Below, piece by piece: positions 48,001 to 58,765 of a stretch of DNA of 64,000 bases (position 1 is the first letter of the stretch; each line of letters opens with the position of its first letter). The position numbers and the translations under genes were made by a program. Origin of the DNA: Yuukianura sp. NJ FZ-2021. Taxonomy: Eukaryota. The stretch spans positions 744,001 to 808,000 of the forward strand of contig JAJCTO010000010.1 in NCBI GenBank assembly GCA_046563655.1. The letters run 5' to 3'. The notes below the pieces were generated by a model. It was given only the letters and a program-made list of their open reading frames with translations. It made no database searches and was not told the DNA's origin.

Positions 48001-51000
48001 CCGAAAACGCGAAAGAAAACGTGAAAACGTGACTTTAACGACGAAAACTTTAACGACGAAAGATTTTAACGTGAAAACTTTAAGCGGCGCTCCGGATCAC
48101 CCCGAGCAACCAATCACCTTGCAGCAGGCTGGAAGCCAGCCACCTCTGCAAATACCTGTAGTAGTCCCCGGTCGTTCTTCAAGCATCAATTCAGCAACGG
48201 TTCCCCCTGGTTCAATGTGTACTGGAAAAGGCATGCATGGCAGTGGAAAGTCAGGCTAAGGTCTACTTTCTAGGCCAAAAGGCATGCTTGTCCATGCACA
48301 TTGAACCATTAATTAAGGTAGTTAGGATAGTTAATAGGTAACGGAACTTTAGTGAATTAAGTAGATTAGGATTTTAGTTAATTTTTAGGATATTTTTGTT
48401 TAAGTTAATTAGCGTTAATTAGTTGGATAATTAGTTTTAAGTTTTGTCTATCTGTTTGCTTGGAAAAGTACTGGGTGCTGCGGCGGTAAAGTGCGGGAAC
48501 AGTTTTGGTTTGAATTCGAGTGAGAGGTTTCACTCGAATTCTCACTAGATGGCGTATGCCATCCAGGGCTCTCTTTGAAGTGACGCTCTGTTTTTGTGCT
48601 CTCACAACTTCCCCCCTCCAATTGGCCCGAAAGTCATCGTGTTGAGAAATATTATTTAGCAGACTCTAATACTATTTACAAAGTAACTGTGACTCTAAAT
48701 TGTTCGGAAAAGTTTAAGTATTTCTTACTTAGAACTGAATTTATGAATGAATTAATTGAAAACTTTGAAGAATCCTCTTGAGTATTAACTTAGAAGGCAA
48801 AGAAACAAAACAGAATTAAATTGAAAACAATTACAATTAACTGGAAAGGAAACGATGTCTTCAGTCGTCTTCATCTGAATCCTTGAACCCAAATTTCTCT
48901 TTCTTCATCATCCGAATTTTTGAATTGATTCTGAAGTTGTCCCTTCCCTCTTTCTCCAGAACTTCCAATCCCTCGAACTGAGTTTGCTCCTCAATTCCAC
49001 GGTGGAGCGCAGGATGAAGAAAGGCGCTGATTCCATCGCCGAAGTTCCATTTCTCCAGAAGGTCATCATCTCCAACGTCGGCTCGGGAAAGTTTTGGAGG
49101 TCGTCTGGGAGTCGCAGCCTGGGTCAAACCCTTCTCTTTCTTGATTTTCACCCATGGAATTATTGGGGCCACTTCTGGGACTTCTAGGCGAGTGATTGGG
49201 GCTTCTGGGCGAGTGGTGGTGGCTTCTGGGCGAGTGATGGTGGCTTCTGGCTTTTTCTTCGGAGGAGACTTGGAAGTCCTCGGAGCCGTCATTGGAACTG
49301 GAAGATCGGCTGAAGTAATGGTGGATGACGGAGTCTGCTTCATCGGAACTGGCAACTTGGGCTGGAGTGTCTTTGAGTTTTTGGCTGTGGTCAACTTGAG
49401 AGGCTGCGCAAAGAGGTCGAACTGTGGAGGACTTGGAGAACGAAGTCGAGCTTTCTTGGCAATCTGCCTCCGTTCCAGTGCTGCCTTCTGCTTCGCGGCT
49501 TGAGCTACTGCCGACAATTTGGCTGGTTTTTGCAGCTCCAACTCTTCCTTCCGCTTCTTCTCCAGAAACTCTTCCATGTTCACAAGTGCTTCCACCTCCC
49601 TCTCCTTGGGAACTCCAAACTTCAGCCAGGTATTCATGGGAGAATCTTCTTGTTTCTGCTTCTGTTCTGCCTCGAAAACATCTATGATTTTCTGAACTTG
49701 ACGGATTGGAAGTCCTTGGCTGCGTTTCTTTGGTTCGTATGCCTTTGGCTGAATGTAAGGCCGATCTGTCGTCACCCAGGCTGGAGCGCGAACAGTCAAG
49801 TCTCTCTTGTACACATCTTTGCCTGGTTCGTTGGAGAAGGAAATCGAGATCACACCTGGGTCGATACAGAAGGAAGTAGGACGCTGGAGCCAGTGGTCGT
49901 TCATTGTTTTGAAATTGAAATTCTGGACTTTGATTGTCCCGGTCTGCCATCTGGGATTTCTCGCAGTGTTGAAGGCATCGGCCTTTTTCGCATCTCGAAG
50001 TGTTGAGGATTTGCTCACACGTTTGTACCTCTTCGGAGGAGGAGCGTAGTAAGTTGGTAGAATTGGTGGTGGAGGTTGAGGCTGAGACGGGCTCGGATTC
50101 ACTGGAAATGCAATTGGAGGTGGCTCTCGTTTCGGCACTGGTGGGATTACCAAATCCCCGAGTCGAATTCCCCCGACAATCATGTTCGGATCCAGATTGC
50201 TCATTCTGGAAGCAACAATAGAAAGGTCGGCAATCAGAAACATGGACTTCACCAACAAATTCGTTCGCGCCAATTGAATTTAACATTAGTATTGTCTCAT
50301 TTTTCTTTCCCGCGAGAACAAAAGGACCTTCGAACTTGTTCATGAGAGAGGCAGTGATTCCTTTCGCAGCGTTCGACAACACCCTTGATTTACGCAGAAT
50401 CAAATCTCCAATCTCATAAGTCACTTCTTTTCTCTTTTTGTTGTACTGTGACATGTAATCTTTTTGAGAAGAAAGTTGATTAGCTTTCGCCAATTCCCAG
50501 ACGTAATTCATTCTTTCAGCCATTTCCTGAGTGTCACTACTTTGACCACTCGCAATTTCCAAAACATTGTCAAACGGAGTTCTCAACTCCCGTCCAAAAT
50601 TTAAGTAAGCTGGAGAAAATTTCATGGTTTGATGGACACTTGAATTGAGCGCGAAGCTTAATTCTGCCAAGTATCTGTCCCATTCTTTACATTTTTCGAT
50701 AGTCGCAACTATCATTGACTTTAAAGTTTCGTTGTATCTCTCAGTCACATTAGGTTGAGGATGATAAGGTGGAATGAAGAGAGCGTTTACACCAAAAGAT
50801 TTGCAGAAGTCCTTGTACACGTTACTTTTCCCGAATGCTGGTCCGTTATCGGCGACAATAGTGGAAGGAAATCCCCAGCGACAGAAAACTTGCCAAAGTT
50901 TCTTTGTGACGACGTCTGCAGTTCCGCTTCGTAAAGGGGAGAGTTCGACCCATTTTGTAAAGTTGTCAACCACGACGAGAAGAAACTTGTTTTGAAACGA

Positions 51001-54000
51001 ACTTCTGGTGTAAGGGCCCATCAAATCAATGTAGAGGTTTTCCCACGGCCGCTTGACTTTTGGAGATGTCCCAAATCCTGCTGGCTTCACCTTCCAGGCT
51101 TTTGCGAGTTGGCAATCTTCACAACTTTTGACGAAATTTTGAGTATCTTTGCGCATGGACTTCCACCAGACTCTTTTCTCCAACTTCAAGTAGGTTTTTG
51201 ATGTTCCAAGATGGCCACCGATTTTACTGGAATGAAAGTGACGTAGGCAAGTCTCTCTGAGTGAATGTGGAATCCAAAGTCGCCAATGGGTTCCGTCGTC
51301 TTCCCACGGACAGTGAATGTTCCCAATGTACTTGTACAAACAGCCAGATTCGTCAACAAAAGCGGATTCTGCGCGGCGGACAATGTAGTTGTTGTGGTCT
51401 CTGGAGTTCGTAGCCGGCAATTCTTCGTTCTTCAAAAATTTGATGATTGGACCCAGTTCTGCGTCTTGAATTTGTGCATGAGCTAGTTCGTCTTTGTTCG
51501 GAATGTAGTCGGATTCAAGCGTGAGGACTTCGAAGGCACGGGAAAGAGCATCTGCTGTTCGATTCAGAGCGCCTGACCGGTATCTGACCTTGATCTGATA
51601 CTTGTAGCCTTGGAGCTCAAGAGCCCACCTAGCCAATCGTCCCGTCGGTTCTTTGATTTTCTGCAGCCACGTCAGAGCCTGGTGATCGGTTTCGATTGTG
51701 AATTCGGTAAATTCCAGGTACGCTTTGAATTTCTTGACGGCGTAGATTACGGCGAGGCATTCCTTCTCTGTGATGGAGTAATTCAGTTCCGCCCCGTTGA
51801 GCTTCCGGCTGATGAACCAAACTGGAGATCTTCCTTGTTCTGTCTCTTGGAGTAGTACTGCACCGATTCCGAGCCCGCTGGCATCGCATTGAATTGAAAA
51901 TGGTTTTGACAAATCTGGTAGACTGAGTTCGACTTGTGACTGGAGTGTTTTCCGCAAATAATCAAAGCCCTCTTGGCATTCTTTAGTCCATTTGAAAGTT
52001 TCAGACTTCCGAAGAAGTTTAGAAAGTGGAGCAGCTTTAATTGAGAAATCAGGGACAAACTGGCGATAATATCCAGTAAAGCCCAAAAATCTTTGAATGT
52101 CTTTAACGTTTCGAGGAATTTGATAATTCGTTAAGGCTGAGACTTTGTCAGGGTGGGGACGACATTTGCCCGCCTCAATGACATAGCCAAGAAAGTCAAT
52201 TTCAGATTTACAAAACGCTACTTTTTTCGGATTTATGGTAAATCCTGCTTCAAACATTGTTTTAAAGAAAGCACGTAGATGAATCATGTGTTCTTCTACC
52301 GTCTTTGAGAAAACCAAGAAATCATCGAAAAATCCAAGGACACAATTAAATCTCAACTTGTCCATCACCATGTCCATGGCTCTTTGGAACGTTGCCGGGG
52401 AGTTTTTCATCCCTTGTGGCGTTCTTTTAAATTGGTAAAGACCCCGAGGGGTAATGAAAGCTGTCTTAGGCCGGTCCTCGACCGCCACACCGATTTGAAA
52501 AAACCCATCTAAGAGATCAAACTTTGACATTACGTGACCTTGAGAGAGATAACAGAGAATGTCGTCTATTCTTGGCATTGGGTACTTGTCGTCCTTCGTG
52601 ACTGCATTGACTTCTCGGTAGTCCACACAGAACCGGAAGCTGCCATTCTTCTTTGGAGTCAGTAGCACGTGGGAGGCCCAAGGACTTCTCGCTGGCTCCA
52701 CCAAGTCGTTCGCAATCAGTTTGTCAAGTTCGTCCAGCAAAATGTCTCGTTTAACTGAGGTCATAGGGCGAGGGTGACAGAAAATCGGCTTCGCGTCTCC
52801 AGTGTCGATTCGGTGCTCAAAAACGGAACAGAAACCCGGCTTTTTCGTGAAAATACTGGAAAAATCTGAGATAATTCCCCGCAGTTCCCTCGAGTGATCA
52901 ACCGGAAGGTCAACGCCCTTCATTAAGTCGTCGATTAGTTCAACATTCTCAAGACCCTCAGACAAGGAGCACTCCAAAAGCTCATCTCCCTCATCTAAAC
53001 CACAATTTGAGAACGGCATGTCCAGCAGACCATTGCCCGAACTACCTGACAACTCCAACGAAGAAGAGTGGGAAGCGGAGACCACCGTCGTGCCAGACTC
53101 CTGGGTCTGCGCATGAGTACGAGGCTCATCACCGCCCTTCCCAACATTTCCTACAGTAGGGCGCTCACTCGTGGTCTCCCTGTTGAGCCCACTCTGACGA
53201 CGAGACGACTTTGTTTTTGGTTTGACCTGACTTGGAAGATTCTTTGGGTCTGAATCGAATGCAGTTTCGGATTTTGAAAAACAGAACTTGGGCTGGTCAT
53301 CACTCCCGATCAACCACCCAGAAGGAAAAACCCCGGCGTTAAACTTCTGAAGAAAATCTCTGCCCAAGACCACAGAACGAGACAAATTCGGACTAACGAC
53401 AAAATGCTGCTTACACTTTCCTCCCTGCCACTCCACTGTGAGGTCAACTGCTTCATCTGTGATAAAAGTACCCGCTGCCTGACGAATAGAATGAGGAGAT
53501 TTTAGAAGACGAATGTTGAATGTTTTAACGAGATGCAAAATTTGACCTCCTACTAGGGAAATTGACGATCCAGTGTCTAACAACGCTTCGAAGGACTGAT
53601 TCAGAATTTTGACAGAAACTATTGGTGGAGAATTCTCTACTTCGGTACTCAAAGATTCGGCTGTATTGCAATTTGAAACGGAATTGGTAAGATGATCTGG
53701 AGCTACAGAAGGTAGGAGATTTCCCCGGATCGGAGCTGGACTTATTGCTGACCCGGGGTTTTGCCGTTTCCCGAGGGCAACGACTGTGACGTACTTTGAA
53801 GCTTTGGACAGTCTCGGCGCCAATGCCCGGATTCCTTGCAGTTGAAACAATGTTGAGAATTGTTCGGAACTTCAGCTCCTGTGCCATTGATACTGGGTCT
53901 CATGTCCGGAGGCAAGAGACGGTCGTAGGCTGGTTTGAAAACTTGAGTGGCGCGAGGAACGAAGCTGTTTGCCGGAGGAATGCCGTTCTGCTGTGCTTGA

Positions 54001-57000
54001 GCCCTTGGTTGCTCTGTTCTCGGAATGGAATTGGAATTCGACAAGTCCTGAGTCTGCGCAGGCTTGGATTCTGGACGCTGTCCTTGAGTCTGGTAGCCCT
54101 GCGTACCCTGATTTTGATTTTGATAGCGGGGAGCATGATCTCTGCGGGGTTGTCCCCGGTTGTCGTCTTGTCTGTTCTGAGTCTGTTCTGGTTTTGCGAA
54201 TGCCAATCCTGGATCAATGTGAGAAAATGTCGCCGGCTCCTTGTAGGCCCTGTCCTGCTCAATGCTTTTCTCCACGTTGCATGCTTCTTGGTAAAGCTCC
54301 ATTGTAGTACGGTAACGTTTTCCAGTTTGTTCAAGTCTGCGACGAGAATCTGGATGTAGAAGTGTCCAAATATTTTTGAGAATCTCTTCTTCCGGTGGAC
54401 AGAACGTCAGCTTGTTGTAGAGATTGCGCATGGCTAAGATGTAATCAGTGAGTCGTTCCTCCTTCCCTTGGTACCGGTCCAGAATGGCCTTCGAGAGTTG
54501 ACGCTGGAAATCGGCTGGTTCGAACTTGTTTCGGAATTCTCGGCAGAAATCCGTCCAAGTAAATAACCGATGACAAATGAAGCGATACCACGTGGAAGCA
54601 TCTCCCTCCATGGAAATGGGCAGAACCAAATCCAGCATCTGCTGCTCCGACAACTCCCTACTCTTTTGAAATTTTTTGAGCTCCAGAATGAAATCGTACG
54701 GCTGAACCCTGTCCTTACTGCCTCTGTACTTTGGAACCTTAATGTCTCCCCCCTTTAGAACGTTCTGTTTCTCCGACTTTGGCGGTCGCCTGACCGAAGA
54801 ATCCCGACGGTAGCGACTCGAGGGTTCTTCGTCACTCGAAAGTTCATCCGAAGTCCCCTCGGTAAAGACTCGAGACGGATTCCGCGACTCAGCAACCGGA
54901 AGTGACAAAGAAGCCAACTGTGCCATCATTGTTTTCAAATCGTCTTTAAGTTCAGTAACTCCGGAGAGTTGTTCTTTAATTTTGTCAACGTCTTTGCGCA
55001 TGGCATCGACAGCATTTAATTGAGAAACGTGATTGTCAACAACTGGTTGTTCTTTAGGTAAAGCCGGAGGTGGTGTACTCTGGCGACTGCGTGAACCTCT
55101 GCGTGATTCTCTCTCCTGACCCTCCCCCTCCTCAAAGTCGACGCTCGCCCTGGCCCTTTTGTTCTTTTTTCCTCGCGGCGCCATTTTGTTTTCGGTACTT
55201 GCTCAGATCTCGCTCAATCAGTTCCTTCTATCTACTACTCAAGGTTTCCCGTCTGAGCCCCCACTTGTAAGGATACGAATTTTCCAGTGGCCAATTAAGG
55301 GCTACAAATCCGGCTCTAATCTGAAACCCGCCCTTTCCGTTCGCTATCCCTTACGTTTACTTGACGGGCCCTTAGTAGTTTCACCTTAAGAAAGGGTTTC
55401 TTCTTTCTTAAGGGACGATAGAAGGCACTTCACACTCCAGAAGGGTCAACAACCTGAGAATTTGCCCGTAGATTCGGCCTCTCTCCTCGCAGTAGTGACC
55501 TTGACCTCTGACCTTTGACTTTCGACTCCGACAGAGAAAATGACAACTCGATTCGTGAAACCGTTAACCAATCAGAAAGCTCTCCAGTTAATCAATCTTA
55601 ATTGCTAATTGACTTTAACTCCAAAACTCCAATTAATGACTCGTTAATTTGAATTGAATTTGAAATGATTGAAAGAAATTGAGAAATTCCAGACGTCAGC
55701 TGATTCGAAGATAAATAAACGTAAACACGAATGACCTTTGACCCAATTGAGTGTGTGAGCAAAACAGAGTTCAAATACCAGAGACAATCCTAATTAGAAA
55801 ACCCGCGTACGCGTGCGTAGCGTTAATTGATTGAATTAATTGGGAAAAATCGATAAAAACTGAATTAAACTGAGAAAAACCGATTAAAACTGATTTGAAT
55901 TAATTTGAAACCGATTTAAATTGATGAAAAACTGATTTAAAACAATTTACAAGTTAATGCGCGTTGAATGAAACAAAAAGGAAATTGATTTACGCGCAGT
56001 TCCCGTCACTGAAGGTGAACAAAAGAACAGAAAACCGAAAACGCGAAAGAAAACGTGAAAACGTGACTTTAACGACGAAAACTTTAACGACGAAAGATTT
56101 TAACGTGAAAACTTTAAGCGGCGCTCCGGATCACCCCGAGCAACCAATCACCTTGCAGCAGGCTGGAAGCCAGCCACCTCTGCAAATACCTGTAGTAGTC
56201 CCCGGTCGTTCTTCAAGCATCAATTCAGCAACGGTTCCCCCTGGTTCAATGTGTACTGGAAAAGGCATCCATGGCAGTGGAAAGTCAGGCCAAGGTCTAC
56301 TTTCTAGGCCAAAATGCATGCTTGTCCATGCACATTCAACCATTAATTAAGGTAGTTAGGATAGTTAATAGGTAACGGAACTTTAGTGATTTAGGTAGAT
56401 TAGGATTTTAGTTAATTTTTAGGATATTTTTGTTTAAGTTAATTAGCGTTAATTAGTTGGATAATTAGTTTTAAGTTTTGTCTATCTGCTTGCTTGGAAA
56501 AGTACTGGGTGCTGCGGCGGTAAAGTGCGGGAACAGTTTTGGTTTGAATTTGAGTGAAATCTTTCCAGAGGTTTCACTCAAATTCTCACTAGATGGCGTA
56601 TGCCGTCTAGGGCTCTTTGTGAAGTGACGCTCTGTTTTTGTGCTCTCACAAGTTTAAATTAGTAATTAATAAAATCAAAGTCATAAAATCAATTCAATTG
56701 CTCTCCCCAACTGATCGTTTGCTACATATCGCAACACTAATAAATAAAATAATAGTTACCTATATATAATAATTATCTACAAATAATACATTACACATAC
56801 TTGAAGCATTGACTCCCATTGTGGTTTCATTCCTCCGAATAAAGTAAACTGGATCTCCCCGGACTCGTCACCAAAAACAAAATGCTGCAATTGGCCTCCG
56901 TTTTCGTACGCCATTGGTCGTCCAAGTTTCAGCCCGACGACTTCGATTACTCGAGATGTAACTGGGATGTTAGGGTTCAGCTGTTTCACATCGACTACAG

Positions 57001-57460
57001 GAAATTCCGAAGAGTCCTCACTTGATTTCATTTGATTTTTTCCAATCTGGTTCTTCCATTTCTGAAACGGAGACATCAATCCTTGTGTACCGCTTACACC
57101 TGGCGTGGGTTCACTATCCATTGACACATGTTGATCGGCTAAATAAACACAAACTATTTGTTATAGTTCTATAAAATATTTGAATGCTGTTTCCAATACC
57201 TGAGGGTGAGGCAGTACCCGCTGCCGTTTGTTCACTGGATTCGATGCAGTCACTCACATCAGCAGTATTTTGCGCATGATTAGCCATTACGTCACTGTTT
57301 TCGTTTGCTATTGAATAAATATGATATATATCAGAAAATATATATTAATTATGTTAAAAAATAAATAATTCTACGAATTACGTTTTGATTCGTCAAGTCT
57401 TGCCACCTTCAGGGCAGGCTCAGCTTCGGGTTTGGAAGTTGCCTTTTTCTTCGGCGCCAT
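42035..57460 (-). CDS. RPA70-like tandem OB-fold ssDNA-binding protein (exons 57460-57382, 57307-57200, 57138-56801, 42544-42035)
   Basis: FVFGDESGEIQFTLF and VDMAGLVIDVG...RQITLVDKTG...LW...YNG...L.EWF OB-fold patterns; splice phases add up (525 nt before the last exon); the last intron holds the 14-kb BEL/Gypsy insertion. Confidence 0.8.
43095..46458 (+). pseudogene. BEL gag-pol lacking RT C-terminus, RNase H and integrase N-terminus (deletion junction ~45640)
   Basis: Reads gag-PR-RT to ...LARNALL then jumps out of frame to integrase STEAFIATLKRF; YVDD and RNase H motifs present in the 14653 homologue are absent. Confidence 0.88.
48861..50204 (-). CDS. Gypsy ORF3, Pro/Lys-rich protein of unknown function (not env-like)
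   Basis: ORF of 447-470 codons between integrase and PPT, overlapping the pol extension in another frame; no signal peptide or TM segment evident. Confidence 0.6.
   Translation of the reverse strand: MSNLDPNMIVGGIRLGDLVIPPVPKREPPPIAFPVNPSPSQPQPPPPILPTYYAPPPKRYKRVSKSSTLRDAKKADAFNTARNPRWQTGTIKVQNFNFKTMNDHWLQRPTSFCIDPGVISISFSNEPGKDVYKRDLTVRAPAWVTTDRPYIQPKAYEPKKRSQGLPIRQVQKIIDVFEAEQKQKQEDSPMNTWLKFGVPKEREVEALVNMEEFLEKKRKEELELQKPAKLSAVAQAAKQKAALERRQIAKKARLRSPSPPQFDLFAQPLKLTTAKNSKTLQPKLPVPMKQTPSSTITSADLPVPMTAPRTSKSPPKKKPEATITRPEATTTRPEAPITRLEVPEVAPIIPWVKIKKEKGLTQAATPRRPPKLSRADVGDDDLLEKWNFGDGISAFLHPALHRGIEEQTQFEGLEVLEKEGRDNFRINSKIRMMKKEKFGFKDSDEDD
49066..53772 (-). CDS. pol: Gypsy Pol (PR-RT-RH-IN) with long C-terminal extension
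   Basis: LLDTGS, SPWAS, FCVDYR, FFDD, CDAS, TDHQAL, ADALSR, HHCC, ADNG, YHPQPN, GPF motifs; frame stays open ~380 codons past integrase. Confidence 0.92.
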   Translation of the reverse strand, partial: GKRQNPGSAISPAPIRGNLLPSVAPDHLTNSVSNCNTAESLSTEVENSPPIVSVKILNQSFEALLDTGSSISLVGGQILHLVKTFNIRLLKSPHSIRQAAGTFITDEAVDLTVEWQGGKCKQHFVVSPNLSRSVVLGRDFLQKFNAGVFPSGWLIGSDDQPKFCFSKSETAFDSDPKNLPSQVKPKTKSSRRQSGLNRETTSERPTVGNVGKGGDEPRTHAQTQESGTTVVSASHSSSLELSGSSGNGLLDMPFSNCGLDEGDELLECSLSEGLENVELIDDLMKGVDLPVDHSRELRGIISDFSSIFTKKPGFCSVFEHRIDTGDAKPIFCHPRPMTSVKRDILLDELDKLIANDLVEPARSPWASHVLLTPKKNGSFRFCVDYREVNAVTKDDKYPMPRIDDILCYLSQGHVMSKFDLLDGFFQIGVAVEDRPKTAFITPRGLYQFKRTPQGMKNSPATFQRAMDMVMDKLRFNCVLGFFDDFLVFSKTVEEHMIHLRAFFKTMFEAGFTINPKKVAFCKSEIDFLGYVIEAGKCRPHPDKVSALTNYQIPRNVKDIQRFLGFTGYYRQFVPDFSIKAAPLSKLLRKSETFKWTKECQEGFDYLRKTLQSQVELSLPDLSKPFSIQCDASGLGIGAVLLQETEQGRSPVWFISRKLNGAELNYSITEKECLAVIYAVKKFKAYLEFTEFTIETDHQALTWLQKIKEPTGRLARWALELQGYKYQIKVRYRSGALNRTADALSRAFEVLTLESDYIPNKDELAHAQIQDAELGPIIKFLKNEELPATNSRDHNNYIVRRAESAFVDESGCLYKYIGNIHCPWEDDGTHWRLWIPHSLRETCLRHFHSSKIGGHLGTSKTYLKLEKRVWWKSMRKDTQNFVKSCEDCQLAKAWKVKPAGFGTSPKVKRPWENLYIDLMGPYTRSSFQNKFLLVVVDNFTKWVELSPLRSGTADVVTKKLWQVFCRWGFPSTIVADNGPAFGKSNVYKDFCKSFGVNALFIPPYHPQPNVTERYNETLKSMIVATIEKCKEWDRYLAELSFALNSSVHQTMKFSPAYLNFGRELRTPFDNVLEIASGQSSDTQEMAERMNYVWELAKANQLSSQKDYMSQYNKKRKEVTYEIGDLILRKSRVLSNAAKGITASLMNKFEGPFVLAGKKNETILMLNSIGANEFVGEVHVSDCRPFYCCFQNEQSGSEHDCRGNSTRGFGNPTSAETRATSNCISSESEPVSASTSTTNSTNLLRSSSEEVQTCEQILNTSRCEKGRCLQHCEKSQMADRDNQSPEFQFQNNERPLAPASYFLLYRPRCDLDFLLQRTRQRCVQERLDCSRSSLGDDRSALHSAKGIRTKETQPRTSNPSSSENHRCFRGRTEAETRRFSHEYLAEVWSSQGEGGGSTCEHGRVSGEEAEGRVGAAKTSQIVGSSSSREAEGSTGTEADCQESSTSFSKSSTVRPLCAASQVDHSQKLKDTPAQVASSDEADSVIHHYFSRSSSSNDGSEDFQVSSEEKARSHHHSPRSHHHSPRSPNHSPRSPRSGPNNSMGENQEREGFDPGCDSQTTSKTFPSRRWR
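53742..55184 (-). CDS. gag: Gypsy Gag with CCHC zinc knuckle
   Basis: Capsid-like GDASTWY...TWTDFCREF; CFNCKESGHWRRDC. Confidence 0.92.
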   Translation of the reverse strand: MAPRGKKNKRARASVDFEEGEGQERESRRGSRSRQSTPPPALPKEQPVVDNHVSQLNAVDAMRKDVDKIKEQLSGVTELKDDLKTMMAQLASLSLPVAESRNPSRVFTEGTSDELSSDEEPSSRYRRDSSVRRPPKSEKQNVLKGGDIKVPKYRGSKDRVQPYDFILELKKFQKSRELSEQQMLDLVLPISMEGDASTWYRFICHRLFTWTDFCREFRNKFEPADFQRQLSKAILDRYQGKEERLTDYILAMRNLYNKLTFCPPEEEILKNIWTLLHPDSRRRLEQTGKRYRTTMELYQEACNVEKSIEQDRAYKEPATFSHIDPGLAFAKPEQTQNRQDDNRGQPRRDHAPRYQNQNQGTQGYQTQGQRPESKPAQTQDLSNSNSIPRTEQPRAQAQQNGIPPANSFVPRATQVFKPAYDRLLPPDMRPSINGTGAEVPNNSQHCFNCKESGHWRRDCPKLQSTSQSLPSGNGKTPGQQ

Positions 57461-58033
57461 GATGGCTAGTTAATAGAAAATGCTTGACAAGGACGCTAAA
57501 ACTCACAGGATTAGGAAGACGGTACCTTCAGAACGTTAAGTTTGTACGAAGTTGACTCAAACGTATCACAACTTCCGCAGAATTATTCGCGTCAACAAAT
57601 TCGAAAAAAAAATTAGTGATATGATCATCAACATTCAAAATAAACAGCAGCTTCGTTGTGATGACAATTTGTTTATTCCATTAGTGTATAACTATTTTTC
57701 ATTAATTATGTAATGTATTTTATATAAATCGAATATTTAAAAATGAAATAAATATCGTCAGACAGTTCTTTAGGGTCATTCCCGTTCATTTTCTACTTAT
57801 TTTTACATTGAATTGTTTTTATTGTCAAAAAAAGTTATCAAAATTTTAAATATCGATACATAATTCTTAATGACCTTGTGACCTTCCCACTGTTTCCTTG
57901 GCAACGATGCAGGAGCATTGTTGATATTTAGTTTTTCATGACTGCGATAGATCGGATACAGAATTAAAAAACTGGTTCCATGCAAAGTTTGCTTGTATAG
58001 TAATTATTGTTTGGATTAATTGTAACAATTAAA

Positions 58034-58765
58034 ATGTCAGTAATTCACTTTAATGGAATTGATAGTCAAGAATTCAATAAGATTATGTCAAAGTACAGGC
58101 TAGACTACGGTGAAAAGTTCACTTTTGTGGAAGATGGAGAAGCAGTGGTACAACTGGAAGGATACAAAGTAGGCGTCGCAAGCTCCCTGAAACAATTGTA
58201 TTCAAAGAAAATTGAATCATTTCCCAACTTTCGTAAAGAAGACAGAAGAATTTTCCTGCCAATAGCATTCTTAACGCACGGAGACGTTGAGGAAACTACA
58301 TTTGATCATCTCGCCATGATGTATGTGGATTTGGATTCTGGAATCGTCCACTACTATTGTCAACTACGAGGGGACATTTATGAAAAGGCAGCAAAGACAA
58401 ACATTATAGTTCGCCTGAGAGCGCAGTATCCGGGAGTTCGGCTCAAGTACAAGAAACACCGTTTTCCAAATGCCATTAATCAATACTACCCGGATTCTTG
58501 TGCATTATTTGCTTTGTGGATCATGCGCCAAGTGATACTGGTTGACGGAAAAAATTTGGAGTTGATACGGCTTCCTTCCTTCGGCCAGTTACATTGCTTC
58601 AGGAAAACACTAGCTTTGCAACAAGACCAGAAAGTTATGTCAAGCAGAAAACGCAAAGGGATCGCAACTTCCACAGTGTCCAAAACAAAAGTAACAAAAA
58701 ATAACCCAAACAATTGGGAAAATTGCATGCTTAGTAAAACTGATTTTTGTTTTTGTTTAGTCTAA
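58034..58765 (+). CDS. Ulp1/SENP-like (clan CE) cysteine protease-like protein inside the Helentron
   Basis: IFLPI...DHLAMMYVD...IVHYYCQL...NQYYPDSCALFAL resembles HW...D...YYDS...Q..DCGVF; the catalytic Asp position appears substituted. Confidence 0.55.
   Translation: MSVIHFNGIDSQEFNKIMSKYRLDYGEKFTFVEDGEAVVQLEGYKVGVASSLKQLYSKKIESFPNFRKEDRRIFLPIAFLTHGDVEETTFDHLAMMYVDLDSGIVHYYCQLRGDIYEKAAKTNIIVRLRAQYPGVRLKYKKHRFPNAINQYYPDSCALFALWIMRQVILVDGKNLELIRLPSFGQLHCFRKTLALQQDQKVMSSRKRKGIATSTVSKTKVTKNNPNNWENCMLSKTDFCFCLV

Larger units (their letters stand above)
47252..56650 (-). mobile_element. Full-length Ty3/Gypsy element with ~1.36-kb LTRs and an extra 3' ORF
   Basis: LTRs 47252-48606 and 55266-56650; TSD AGTT (47248-47251, 56651-56654); PBS TGGGGGCTC (tRNA-Pro-like) at ~55255-55263; PPT GGAGGGGGGAAG at ~48608-48619. 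Confidence 0.95.
42600..56736 (+). mobile_element. BEL/Pao LTR retrotransposon with internal deletion; 3' LTR interrupted by a Gypsy element
   Basis: 5' LTR 42600-42957; 3' LTR 46976-47251 plus 56651-56736; TSD CTAAT (42595-42599, 56737-56741); PBS TGGTGCCGAAAGCCGGGA at 42963. Confidence 0.94.

Noticed and set aside
47930..48259. Plus-strand ORF in the Gypsy LTRs (also 55964-56350)
   Set aside because: Antisense to the element, TTG start, and stop position differs between the two LTRs.
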